Program-made: the position numbers and the translations under genes
The notes under the pieces: model-generated
The model's input: the letters and a program-made list of their open reading frames with translations, nothing else
What the model was told of the DNA's origin: nothing
The model's database searches: none
Origin: an uncultured Lachnospiraceae bacterium
GTDB taxonomy: Bacteria; Bacillota; Clostridia; Lachnospirales; Lachnospiraceae
Direction: 5' to 3'
DNA: 64,000 nt
Assembly (NCBI GenBank): GCA_947305245.1
Contig: CAMZDG010000005.1
Location: 26,891 to 90,890 of the forward strand
Shown here: piece by piece, positions 44,214-53,417 of the stretch
Position numbering within the stretch: the stretch's first letter is position 1
Layout: each line of letters begins with the position of its first letter

Positions 44214-44702
44214 ATGTCGCAACCATATGAACAGCTGAAGTTAGATAATCAATTGTGTTTTCCGCTTTATGCCTGTGCAAGAAAGATCACGGGTCTTTAT
44301 ACGCCGCTGCTAAAGCCGCTGGGGCTGACGTATACGCAGTATATCGTGTTCCTGGTGCTTTGGGAGAAGGAAAAGGCGACGGTCGGCGAGCTCGGGAGGG
44401 AGCTTCTTCTCGACGCAGGAACGCTGACACCGCTCCTGAAAAACCTGGAAAAGCAAGGCTTTGTCACCAGGGAGCGCAGCAAGGAAGACGAGCGCGTGAC
44501 GCAAATCTGCATCACAAAAAAAGGGATGGATCTGATGGAAGATTGCAAAGACATTCCCTTCAAGATCGCATCAAATTGCGCGCAGCTTGGCGAGAAGGAT
44601 GCCAGGGAACTCTACCGGATCCTGCATAAGATGCTTGACAAAGAGGACGAGAGTGTGTTAGCCTTAACGAGTAGCAAGGAATTAAGTAACCAAATAAAAT
44701 AA
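44214..44702 (+). CDS. ohrR: OhrR-like MarR-family regulator
   Basis: LDNQLCFPLYAC with the sensing Cys; GLTYTQY, GTLTPLLK, RSKEDER. Confidence 0.85.
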   Translation: MSQPYEQLKLDNQLCFPLYACARKITGLYTPLLKPLGLTYTQYIVFLVLWEKEKATVGELGRELLLDAGTLTPLLKNLEKQGFVTRERSKEDERVTQICITKKGMDLMEDCKDIPFKIASNCAQLGEKDARELYRILHKMLDKEDESVLALTSSKELSNQIK

Positions 44703-44722
44703 TACCGCAGGAGGTGATCAAC

Positions 44723-44794
44723 ATGAACAAGAAAAATAGAATGAAGTTTGTTGAAATGTCAGATACAATGTTGATCACGAAAACTGCTTTTTAA
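44723..44794 (+). CDS. Candidate 23-aa small peptide MNKKNRMKFVEMSDTMLITKTAF
   Basis: SD AGGAGGTGA just upstream; terminator directly downstream. Confidence 0.5.
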   Translation: MNKKNRMKFVEMSDTMLITKTAF

Positions 44795-44810
44795 GTTTAG
44801 ATGATCTTAG

Positions 44811-44840
44811 GGCGCATCCGGCATGGATGCGCCTTTCTTA
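44811..44840 (+). terminator. Rho-independent terminator
   Basis: GGCGCATCC-GGCAT-GGATGCGCC followed by TTTCTT. Confidence 0.75.
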
Positions 44841-44913
44841 TTTCATAGGCTTCATTCTTTCTTGTTTGGTTACGGTTTTGGGAAGCTGTATCCCGTAGGT
44901 AAGAAAGGATGAT

Positions 44914-46683
44914 GTGAAGATGAAAAGATTTAAGAACATTATTTTAGGATTGCAGGCACAGAGTAAAGCTTCTTTAAGCTGGCTATACGTGGATTCCTAT
45001 ACAAAGGATCCCAATCTGACGGAAGACGAGAAAGTGTTTTCGCACGGCTCCCTGGATTTTTGGTTTCAGGGGACAGGAAGGCGCAATGCGGAAAGGGTTT
45101 TGATGATGGTGGCTATTCCCATGAAGGCGCCGGGAAACGATGCGATCCCGATGGGGACATACCTGCTAACTTGTTTGGAGCCTGTGATCCGGGCTTGGAG
45201 TGAAGATAACAAAAATGACAACAAGGCGCGGGAGAAAGCGCAGTTTTTCGTGCAGGCTTCAGGGAACCGAATGCTTCGAAGAAGCGGGATGTCTTATAAT
45301 GCGGCTTGCGAAAGGTTCGTGCTAAGAATGCTGTTTCAAGTGCCACTGATCAATGCCGTTTCCGTGAATGGAAAGGCAGCATATCGCGGTGTCGCGGAGA
45401 TCTTGGAGCTGATCGAGGGGTGCGTAGCTCATATAGATGGGAAGGAGATGGAAAACTATATTCGCACCTACCGCTGGCAGTGTGAGATCCGAAGATATTT
45501 AAGGGAGCACGGGCTGTGCGCGTTCGTGGCCAACGGAAGCATTCTCCCGCGGGAGAAGGATAGCAACAACCCCATGCAGAGTGCGATCCCGTTCGTCTCG
45601 CCGAAGGAATGCGAGGTTACCATTGAGCTTGAGGGTGCTGGGAAAACTGTGATCACGGGCATGGGGATCCCCTGTGGCATTACCGTGATCACGGGCGGCG
45701 GTTACTCCGGAAAATCAACGCTTCTCGATGCCCTGGAGGCGGGCATATATGACCACGTGCCTGGGGACGGGCGCGAATTCGTGCTCGCGGACAGGAGTGC
45801 GCTCAAGGTGTATGCGGAGGACGGAAGACCCGTTTCTATGCTGGATCTCTCGGCATTTTTCAAATTCCTTCCGGGGAAGCCGCTGGAGGAATTTTGCACG
45901 CCGCATGCGAGCGGCAGCGTTTCGCAGGCCAGCAATATCATCGAGGCGGTCGGCGGCGGGTCAAAGCTTCTTCTCATCGATGAGGATAAGAGTGCGACCA
46001 ACTTTATGATCCGTGACCAGATCATGCGGCTTATTGTGGAGGACGAACCGATCATTCCGTTTACGGAGCGCGTGAAGGAGCTTTGGAAGGAAAAAGGCGT
46101 TTCGACCATCCTTGTCATCGGAGGGTCGAGTGAATATCTGCACTTGGCGGATCAGGTGATCCTGATGAAGGATTTTTGCCCGCGGATGATCACGGGAGCG
46201 GTGAAGAAGTTGGTAGAGGCGCAGGAAGAGAGCAGTCTGCCCAGTGCAAGCTGGCAGTTCTCGAGAAGGCTCCTAGTCAAGGAGACGTCGCAGCCGTTTT
46301 TGTTCTTCCGCACCGTGGAGACGGAGAATGAGAAGAAGGTGATCCTGGATGAGTATTCCGCAGACGTCACAATGCTGACGGCTCTTTCCACGCATGAGCA
46401 GCTCTGCACGGTGACCGTTGCCATGGAGCGGCTGCTCACGGATCCGAGTGGAAAAAACCGTGAGGTTTTGGAGAACGTAAGGGAGTTCTTGGAGGATCTT
46501 TTTGTAAAAGGGAAGACAGGCTCTATTATGCCGGAGACGCAAAGCTGGTTCTATGAGGAGATCCGGCCGTTGGACGCGCTGTGCTGCATCAACCGCATGC
46601 GCGGTGCAACCTTTTTAAGCCGGAAGGATCCAGCAAACTCTGTAGGCAATGCGGCGATACCACTTGTCGCCGTCGTCCTCTAA
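44914..46683 (+). CDS. Stand-alone P-loop ATPase of the 'predicted ABC-class ATPase' family
   Basis: ITGGGYSGKSTLL, AEDGR, ASGSVSQA, LLLIDEDKSATNFMIRD; no TM domain. Confidence 0.8.
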   Translation: MKMKRFKNIILGLQAQSKASLSWLYVDSYTKDPNLTEDEKVFSHGSLDFWFQGTGRRNAERVLMMVAIPMKAPGNDAIPMGTYLLTCLEPVIRAWSEDNKNDNKAREKAQFFVQASGNRMLRRSGMSYNAACERFVLRMLFQVPLINAVSVNGKAAYRGVAEILELIEGCVAHIDGKEMENYIRTYRWQCEIRRYLREHGLCAFVANGSILPREKDSNNPMQSAIPFVSPKECEVTIELEGAGKTVITGMGIPCGITVITGGGYSGKSTLLDALEAGIYDHVPGDGREFVLADRSALKVYAEDGRPVSMLDLSAFFKFLPGKPLEEFCTPHASGSVSQASNIIEAVGGGSKLLLIDEDKSATNFMIRDQIMRLIVEDEPIIPFTERVKELWKEKGVSTILVIGGSSEYLHLADQVILMKDFCPRMITGAVKKLVEAQEESSLPSASWQFSRRLLVKETSQPFLFFRTVETENEKKVILDEYSADVTMLTALSTHEQLCTVTVAMERLLTDPSGKNREVLENVREFLEDLFVKGKTGSIMPETQSWFYEEIRPLDALCCINRMRGATFLSRKDPANSVGNAAIPLVAVVL

Positions 46684-46935
46684 GTCAACGCCGTTGGATG
46701 CACTGTTATAAATGGAGCGGAAGATTTTCTGCTCTCTTAAAAACTTAGGAACAAGCCTAAAGTTTTGAAAAATATACGCATGCGCGAAGATCTCGCAGGA
46801 GAGCTGACTGAGGGTCATGCCAGTGATCTTTTCTTCTTTCACGATCTCTTCTGCGAGCTTTTTGCAGTATGCTCTGTCATAAAGCTCCTTCGTCATGGGA
46901 ATGCTCATATATTTCTTTGCGTCATTTGTCTTCAT
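46615..46935 (-). CDS. Hypothetical protein, 106 aa
   Basis: RBS GGAGGAG before ATG 46935; overlaps the ATPase 3' end convergently by 69 bp. Confidence 0.6.
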   Translation of the reverse strand: MKTNDAKKYMSIPMTKELYDRAYCKKLAEEIVKEEKITGMTLSQLSCEIFAHAYIFQNFRLVPKFLREQKIFRSIYNSASNGVDLEDDGDKWYRRIAYRVCWILPA

Positions 46936-47284
46936 GGTTTTCTCCTCCAATTGTTTTGGATTTCCTGTCTGTGATCTTAGCATAGCATTTGGGGGACGCG
47001 GATTCCATCGAATCTCCTTACGGAATCCTTACGTTTACGTAAGAATCTTTGGACGGTGAGGCATGGCCTTGGTGAGTCGTTGGCACCGGGAGCATGCCGG
47101 GTGGCGCGCGTATTCCGTACTAGACATAGAGGCTGTGACGCGGTATAATAAAATGTAAGACAATTTATGGGATCGCGGCATATTTTCAGTAATTTTCGAG
47201 CCGTTCTTCAATAAGGAGTTTTTGCCTATGGAGTGGGAACGGGATATTTGATCCAAAGAGATAGTTGATGTCAGGAGGCAGTCT

Positions 47285-48127
47285 ATGAGAATTGGCGGAG
47301 GAATTGAAAAACCTTATCGAAACCCGGAGGAATGGGTGAAGCTGGCAAAGGACCTGCGGTACAGCGCAGTGCTGTCGCCGATCGATTGCAGCAGTGATCA
47401 TAATACCAGGCGGGAATATATGCGGGCGGCGAGGGACGCGGATCTTCTGATCGGCGAGGTGGGCGTATGGCGTAATTGCCTTTCCAAGAATGACAAGGAG
47501 CGCAAGGCGAACATGGAATATGCCAAGGCGCAGCTTGCGCTGGCGGATGAGCTTGGTGCAAACTGCTGCGTGAATATCATCGGAAGCCATAGCGACACGG
47601 CGTGGGACGGGTTCTGCGCCGAGAATTATTCGAAGGATTTTTATGCCATGGCCGTGGACAGCATCCGAGAGATCATTGACGACGTAAAGCCGCGGCATAC
47701 TTATTATACCATTGAGCCTATGCCCTGGATGGCGCCGGATTCGCCGGAAGCTTATCTTCGGCTGATCAGGGACGTGGCGCGGGACGGGTTTGCGGTGCAT
47801 CTCGACTTCGTGAATATGATCAATTGTCCGGAGAGATATTGCAAGAGCACGGAATTCATCAAGCATTGCTTTGAGCTCTTAGGACCCTTTATTTGCAGCA
47901 TTCATGCGAAGGACGTATCGATGGAGCAGGCCTATACCACGCTGATCCATGAGACCATGCCGGGCAATGGTACGCTGGATTATCCGAAGATCCTGGCGAT
48001 GGTGGATAAGCTTGGCCCGGAGATCCCGGTATTCGTAGAGCACCTCCCCGATTATGAGACCTATCGTGAGGCTGCCGCATATGTGCGAAGCCAGGCCGAG
48101 ATCGCAGGGGTCGGCGTTTTGGGCTGA
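47285..48127 (+). CDS. Sugar phosphate isomerase/epimerase (AP endonuclease 2 TIM barrel)
   Basis: IEPMP, VHLDFVN, SIHAKD, PGNG.LDY, VEH. Confidence 0.85.
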   Translation: MRIGGGIEKPYRNPEEWVKLAKDLRYSAVLSPIDCSSDHNTRREYMRAARDADLLIGEVGVWRNCLSKNDKERKANMEYAKAQLALADELGANCCVNIIGSHSDTAWDGFCAENYSKDFYAMAVDSIREIIDDVKPRHTYYTIEPMPWMAPDSPEAYLRLIRDVARDGFAVHLDFVNMINCPERYCKSTEFIKHCFELLGPFICSIHAKDVSMEQAYTTLIHETMPGNGTLDYPKILAMVDKLGPEIPVFVEHLPDYETYREAAAYVRSQAEIAGVGVLG

Positions 48128-48158
48128 TCAGGAATAGAGATTATTCGTTCCATGGAAG

Positions 48159-48193
48159 AATGGCCGAGTCTTCATGCGGGGATTCGGCCATTT
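48159..48193 (+). terminator. Probable terminator hairpin
   Basis: AATGGCCGAGTC / GATTCGGCCATT; short T-tract. Confidence 0.5.
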
Positions 48194-48235
48194 CCCGTGG
48201 GAATTTTTGGGCGAAAAAAATTTTTAAAAAAAGTT

Positions 48236-48263
48236 TGTAACGAAATCTAAGCTTCTCCGTCTA
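48236..48263 (+). promoter_or_regulatory. ECF-sigma-type promoter (probably autoregulatory)
   Basis: TGTAAC-N16-CGTCTA, the AAC/CGT signature of ECF promoters. Confidence 0.7.
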
Positions 48264-48299
48264 ATCGATGAGATCACAGAAAGGAAAGCACGGCGATAC

Positions 48300-48788
48300 A
48301 TGGATAAGAACACCGCGGAAAAACTTTATGAAGCTTTTTACATGAAGGTGTTTTCTTACGTAATGACGCTCACAAGAGATCAGAACGACGCCATGGAGAT
48401 CACACAGGAAACCTTTTTCCGGGCCATCTCCACGGAGCGGGAGTTCCGAGGCGAAAGCGAAAGTTTTACTTGGCTATGTGCCATCGCGAAGAACCTCTTT
48501 ATTGACGAGAAAAGGCGAAATGCCAGATTTGACGACGTACCTCTTGATGAGCAGCCAGACACGCAGAAAAGCATTGAGAAGAGCCTGATGGACGCAGAGA
48601 CGTCCATACGGATCCACCGAATCCTTCATGCGTTGGAGGAACCCTATAAGGAAGTCTTCCAGCTTCGCATCTTCGGAGAATTATCCTTCAAGGAGATAGG
48701 TTCTATCTTCGGAAAGACCGAAACCTGGGCCCGGGTAACGTTCCACCGTGCAAGAATTATGATCAAAGAAAGGATGGACGAACAATGA
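48300..48788 (+). CDS. ECF RNA polymerase sigma factor
   Basis: ITQETF, FTWLCAIAKN, LSFKEIG, WARVTFHRAR. Confidence 0.93.
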   Translation: MDKNTAEKLYEAFYMKVFSYVMTLTRDQNDAMEITQETFFRAISTEREFRGESESFTWLCAIAKNLFIDEKRRNARFDDVPLDEQPDTQKSIEKSLMDAETSIRIHRILHALEEPYKEVFQLRIFGELSFKEIGSIFGKTETWARVTFHRARIMIKERMDEQ

Positions 48789-49741
48789 AATACGATTGTG
48801 ACGTAATAGAAGATCTCCTTCCGTTATATCAGGACGGCGCATGTACGAACGCGACGAAGCGCACCGTGGAAGAGCACCTGGCGGAATGCCCCAAGTGTGC
48901 GGAATTGGTGAAGAAGCTGAAGGACATGTCGATCGATGACATGATCCTAAAGGAAAAAGAGGACGTGATCAGTTCTCAGTCAAAGTATTTTAAGAGAAAA
49001 AGTGCTTTGGCAGGAAGCATTGTCGGAGGCATCTTTGCACTGCCGATCCTGATCTGCCTGATCGTGAATCTGGCGACGGGACATGGGCTTACCTGGTTCT
49101 TTATCGTGCTGGCTGCAATGCTGATCCCGACCTCCCTCTTCGTCGTGCCACTGGTGGCACCGAAGAATCGGATGTTCCTGACGATGACCTCCCTGACGGG
49201 AAGTATCATTTTGCTCCTTGCGGTTTGCTGCATTTATTCCAAAGGGAATTGGTTCTTTGTGGCGGCGTCGGCAGTGCTGTTTGGCCTGACGGTTTGCTTC
49301 GGACCCTTTATCGCCTGCAGAAGGCCCGTGAACGCCTACTTAAAGAACTGCAAGGGACTCGCCGTGATGATCGCGTGCACCGTTACGTTCTTTTTGATGA
49401 TGCTTTGCATCGGGATTTACGCATATTATCCCGGAATCTTTGCAGAAATTTTTGGAGTTTTCCTTCCCTTGACTTTGGTGGCATGGGTGCTGTTCCTGAT
49501 CATCCGTTACCTTCCTGCAAACGGCTTGGTGAAGGCTGGCGTTTGCATCGCAGCCATGAGTGCGCTGTGTTACCTTGCAAATGAGGCAGGGACCTGGCTG
49601 ACGACAAAGCATTTAGAGCCTGGAGTCGTAATCGTGAGAGCAACGCCTTCTCTGGCCATGACGTTTGTCGGCATCGGGATCGGCGTGGCATTTGCGCTGA
49701 TCGGACTGCTTGTGAAAAAGAATGGAGGGAAAAAGCAATGA
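48785..49741 (+). CDS. zf-HC2 anti-sigma factor with multiple TMs
   Basis: CDVIEDLLPLY..EEHLAECPKC; hydrophobic C-terminal part. Confidence 0.9.
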   Translation: MKYDCDVIEDLLPLYQDGACTNATKRTVEEHLAECPKCAELVKKLKDMSIDDMILKEKEDVISSQSKYFKRKSALAGSIVGGIFALPILICLIVNLATGHGLTWFFIVLAAMLIPTSLFVVPLVAPKNRMFLTMTSLTGSIILLLAVCCIYSKGNWFFVAASAVLFGLTVCFGPFIACRRPVNAYLKNCKGLAVMIACTVTFFLMMLCIGIYAYYPGIFAEIFGVFLPLTLVAWVLFLIIRYLPANGLVKAGVCIAAMSALCYLANEAGTWLTTKHLEPGVVIVRATPSLAMTFVGIGIGVAFALIGLLVKKNGGKKQ

Positions 49742-50679
49742 GAAGATTCGGTAAATTCATGATCGGGGCCGTGAGCCTGGCGTTGGCGTTGTGCCTTAGC
49801 GGTTGCAATTTTGGCTGGAAGATAAGTTATACCTACGCGGATGCGGAAAAATATACTGCCGGAGACAGACAGATCACGGAAAAGATCGAGACCATCGACA
49901 TTGATTATCTGTCGGGAGACATAACGCTGAGCGGTACGGATGGGAACGCCGTGACCGTGAAGGAAACTTCCGGGAAGGAGTTAGATGACAAAAGAAAGGT
50001 TCACACCTGGGTGGATGGCACGACGCTGTACGTCAGATATTGCGCCTCGGCAAAGGGCCTGGACTTAGATCACCTCAATAAGAAGCTTGAGATCCAGATC
50101 CCTGCGGACTGCCAGCTGGAGAAGCTCAAAGTGGATGTTTCCTCCGGGGATTTCACCGGGAAAGATTTTGAGGCGAATGGCGTAAACGTATACGCATCCT
50201 CCGGCGACGTGGAAGTGTCCTGCGGTGCGAAAGACATAGAGCTTAGGACGTCTTCCGGGGACATTACCCTGACCCAGCACGGGGAAAGCGACTCCATAAA
50301 ATTGCATGCCTCTTCCGGGCACGTGAATGCCACGGTGGAGACGGCCGGTAAGGTTGACAGCTACGTAAGCTCCGGAAAGCTTTTGATCCAGGGTCATTTC
50401 ATTAAGGAGCTGGAATCCAAGGTTTCCAGCGGAGAGGGAGAATACCGTTTCGCCGTGACGCCGGAAAAGTCAAAGATCGATCATTCCTCCGGAACCGTGA
50501 CCATTTTCCTTCCTAAGGACGCCGACCTGACGGGTGAATTCAAGAGCTCGAGCGGCAAGGTTCTTTATGATCTTGCATTCTCCAAGGCGGATAACAAGTA
50601 TGTCTGCGGAAGCGGCGCGAATGAGATGAACGTGCACGTGTCCTCCGGAAACATTGAGATCAAAGAAATGAATAAATAA
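49738..50679 (+). CDS. DUF4097 beta-strand-repeat lipoprotein
   Basis: Lipobox LSGC; repeated SSG(D/K/N) motifs. Confidence 0.85.
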   Translation: MRRFGKFMIGAVSLALALCLSGCNFGWKISYTYADAEKYTAGDRQITEKIETIDIDYLSGDITLSGTDGNAVTVKETSGKELDDKRKVHTWVDGTTLYVRYCASAKGLDLDHLNKKLEIQIPADCQLEKLKVDVSSGDFTGKDFEANGVNVYASSGDVEVSCGAKDIELRTSSGDITLTQHGESDSIKLHASSGHVNATVETAGKVDSYVSSGKLLIQGHFIKELESKVSSGEGEYRFAVTPEKSKIDHSSGTVTIFLPKDADLTGEFKSSSGKVLYDLAFSKADNKYVCGSGANEMNVHVSSGNIEIKEMNK

Positions 50680-50699
50680 ACGAATAAATGAGCAGAAAG

Positions 50700-50745
50700 A
50701 AAGAACCGCCTTGTGACATGCGTGTCATCATAGGTGGTTCTTTTT
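50700..50745. terminator. Bidirectional terminator
   Basis: AAAGAACCGCCT...AGGTGGTTCTTTTT between convergent genes. Confidence 0.75.
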
Positions 50746-50787
50746 GTGATTCTTTTCTGCGGTACTTTTTCTGCGGAAAGACTTTCA

Positions 50788-52014
50788 TCAGGCAAGCGTA
50801 AGGGTGGCTGATTGATCGGAAGTCAGCTCCAGGGCGGCCTTGAGATCGCCGCTCGAAAGCTCGTAGTTCCCCTTGAAGCCTTCCAAAGTAAGCATGCCGT
50901 TTTCATCCGTTTGCAGGGTAAGGTTCGTTGACCAGTCCTCGTGGATGAGCTTTTGCAGCGCGAGATAAGAGGGCTTTATGGTATTGTCGCTGTGAAGGAA
51001 GCCGGACGGCGCATGAAGCCAGCAGTCGTCCGTGAAATCCCAGGTCGTGATGGCCTGCACTAAGGGATGCTCGAAGAGGATCGAATACATCTCGCAGATC
51101 TCTTTCGCCTGACGCGCCTCGCCCTCCGGCGTGGAAGGCCAGCTGTCCACCTGGAAATCATTGAGGTCCACAATATGCGCAGGCATGATCTCGCCGGAAA
51201 TCAGCGTGTTTTCCGTAAAGTGGATGGGCAGGCCAAAACGAGAAAAGCGCGAAAGGACGTTGCGAAGCTTTTCCTCACCCCAGTAGCCCTGATGCTGATG
51301 GGACTGGATGCCGATGGCACTGATCGGAACACCGGCCTCTAGGAGGCCCTCCAGCAGTATTTCATAAGATACACTCGTGTTAAAGTCATTGATCAGAAGC
51401 GTTGCATTCGGGTTCATGGCCTTCGCCTCGTCGAACACCGCCTTGACAAGCTGAATGCGTCCCTTTTCCTGACAGATGCGCGTGATGGCGTTATCATACT
51501 TATCGAATATTGGCATGATCACGACTTCGTTGATCACGTCCCACATGTCGATCACGCCGCGAAATGCCGTGACGTCGCGGTCAATGCGCTTTAACTGACG
51601 CTTTAGGATTTCTTCGTTCGAATATTGCATCAGCCAGTCGGCGCAGGCCGTATGCCAGCAAAGAGGATGACCCTTGGCGGTCACGCCGTGGTCCTTTAGC
51701 CATTTGGCAGCTGCCATGGTCGGAGCTTCCATCGTCTGCCCCTCCACGGGCTCATACCGTCCCCAATAAAACGGAAGCGTCCCGTAATTAAAGAGCTTCA
51801 GCCATTTTTCCATGCGGTCTTCCAAGAAGGCAATCTTTTCTTCATCGCCCGCTTTCCGTGCCTGCATCAGCGCAACACTGTCGAACGCGCCACATCCGAA
51901 CAAAAACTGATGAGAAACCTGCCGTACCGTCACCTGCTGATTTGCCAGCGCCGAGCCGTCCTTCCTCACAAGCTTTATTTTAGCCGTCGCCTTCCTATGC
52001 TCCAAATTACCCAT
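50788..52014 (-). CDS. GH10 endo-1,4-beta-xylanase, no signal peptide
   Basis: KGHPLCWH, WDVINE (acid/base), IGIQSH, IHFTEN (nucleophile). Confidence 0.9.
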   Translation of the reverse strand: MGNLEHRKATAKIKLVRKDGSALANQQVTVRQVSHQFLFGCGAFDSVALMQARKAGDEEKIAFLEDRMEKWLKLFNYGTLPFYWGRYEPVEGQTMEAPTMAAAKWLKDHGVTAKGHPLCWHTACADWLMQYSNEEILKRQLKRIDRDVTAFRGVIDMWDVINEVVIMPIFDKYDNAITRICQEKGRIQLVKAVFDEAKAMNPNATLLINDFNTSVSYEILLEGLLEAGVPISAIGIQSHQHQGYWGEEKLRNVLSRFSRFGLPIHFTENTLISGEIMPAHIVDLNDFQVDSWPSTPEGEARQAKEICEMYSILFEHPLVQAITTWDFTDDCWLHAPSGFLHSDNTIKPSYLALQKLIHEDWSTNLTLQTDENGMLTLEGFKGNYELSSGDLKAALELTSDQSATLTLA

Positions 52015-52056
52015 ACCAAGCCTCCTTCATCCATATTCTTCCATCTAGTTCTTTAT

Positions 52057-52088
52057 CCAAATCCAAAACAAACCAAATCCAAAACAAA
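52057..52088. repeat. 16-bp tandem duplication CCAAATCCAAAACAAA
   Basis: Copies at 52057 and 52073; related sequence at about 52123-52143. Confidence 0.7.
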
Positions 52089-52179
52089 CTAAAGCTTATT
52101 TTAAAACAAGCTAAATCCTATTCCAAAAACAAACTAAATCCAATAGCTAGTGCGATTACTGATACATAATCCAATCCAA

Positions 52180-52241
52180 TACCTACCACAATTCCTAAAA
52201 CAATTCCTACCACAATTCCTAAAACAATTCCTAATACAATT
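52180..52241. repeat. 12-bp tandem repeat (CAATTCCT-AC/AA-CA/AA), about 5 units
   Basis: CAATTCCT recurs at 52189, 52201, 52213, 52225; degenerate copy at 52237. Confidence 0.85.
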
Positions 52242-52319
52242 CTATCTCTGCCTGCATATTCCATACAATGCATTTATTGTCCAAACGTATGTATATTTAG
52301 CCATCGGAGCATGAAATTT

Positions 52320-52612
52320 ACGCTTGTAAGGGGGAAAAAGCAGAAAAGCATAAACCGTATTTCGGAATCTTATGCTTGTAAGGAAAAGCAAGTAAAAAAG
52401 CATAAGCTAATTCTTGGAATCTTATGCTTGTAGAGAAAAGCAGGTGAAAAAGCATAGGCTAATTCTTGGAAGCTTATGCTTGTAGGGAAAAGCAGGTGAA
52501 AAAGCATAGGCTAATTCTCGGAAGCTTATGCTTGTAAGGAGAAGCAAGTAAAAAAGCATAGACTAATTCTCGGAAAATTATGCTTGTAAATAAAAACAAA
52601 TTAAAAAGCATA
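52320..52612. repeat. Array B: 6 units, 52-bp period, alternating TATGCTT / AAGCATA arms
   Basis: Unit starts 52320, 52372, 52424, 52476, 52528, 52580. Confidence 0.92.
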
Positions 52613-52629
52613 GCACAAAATCGAAGATG

Positions 52630-53228
52630 GACTGCTTGGAAGACAAAAATGAAATTTGTACAGTCTTAGAAGAGGATAGCGACTACAAGAAATGAAAAAG
52701 TGGAATTTGTGCAGTCAGAAAACGGAAGAATAGACTGTAGGGAATGAGGAAGTGGAATTTGTGCAGTCAGAAAACGGAAGAACTGACTGTAGGGAATGAG
52801 GAAGTGGAATTTGTGCAGTCAGAAAACGGAAGAATAGACTGCATGAAATTAGAAAGCAGAATTCTTGCAGTCAGAAAACGGAAGAATAGACTGTAGGGAA
52901 TGAGGAAATGGAATTTGTGCAGTCAGAAAACGGAAGAATAGACTGTAGGGAATGAGGAAATGGAATTTGTGCAGTCAGAAAACGGAAGAATAGACTGTAG
53001 GGAATGAGGAAGTGGAATTTGTGCAGTCAAAAAGCAATGAAAGTGACTGTAGGGAAGACGAAAATTGAAACCGTACAGTCCGAAACAAGAGAGATAGACT
53101 GCATAAAAGCTGAAAATAAAATCCATGCAGTCCGAGAAGAGGAAGATGGACTGCATGGAAAACAAAAATGAAATCCGTACAGTCTAAGAAGAGGATGGAC
53201 TGCATGGAAGGCGAAAAATAAAATCCGT
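52630..53228. repeat. Array C: 12 units, 52-bp period, alternating GACTGYA / TRCAGTC arms
   Basis: GACT starts 52630, 52681, 52733, 52785, 52837, 52889, 52941, 52993, 53045, 53097, 53149, 53198. Confidence 0.92.
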
Positions 53229-53376
53229 GAGTCATGAATGCGGAAAAGCTTGGTGGCTCAGGATTTGTTGGGGGGTGTTCTGCTAAAAGGAGCAAATCGG
53301 AGGCAGAATAGAAAAAATGTTCCTTCTACAGGCGAGGGCAGAAAAATGGCACACCCCACACCCGTGGACAGGGAGA

Positions 53377-53407
53377 GAAAAACTCCCGCCCTTGGGGACG
53401 GGAGTTG
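53377..53407 (-). terminator. Terminator of the TraX-like gene
   Basis: AACTCCCG...CGGGAGTT hairpin with a T-run on the minus strand. Confidence 0.75.
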
Positions 53408-53417
53408 CGGGAGTTGT

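Noticed and set aside
52320-53228. 52-bp arrays as a CRISPR array
   Set aside because: The inter-arm segments are related or identical between units rather than unique spacers, the conserved arms are only about 7 bp, and no cas gene is in the window
52320-53228. 52-bp arrays as a TIGR array
   Set aside because: The two-arm/two-spacer layout is reminiscent, but the period and segment lengths are longer, the segments are mostly repeated, and no Nop-domain Tas gene is nearby
52923-53295. Minus-strand ORFs of 80 and 106 aa inside array C
   Set aside because: The 52-bp period is not a multiple of 3; there is no RBS; these are by-products of a stop-poor pyrimidine strand
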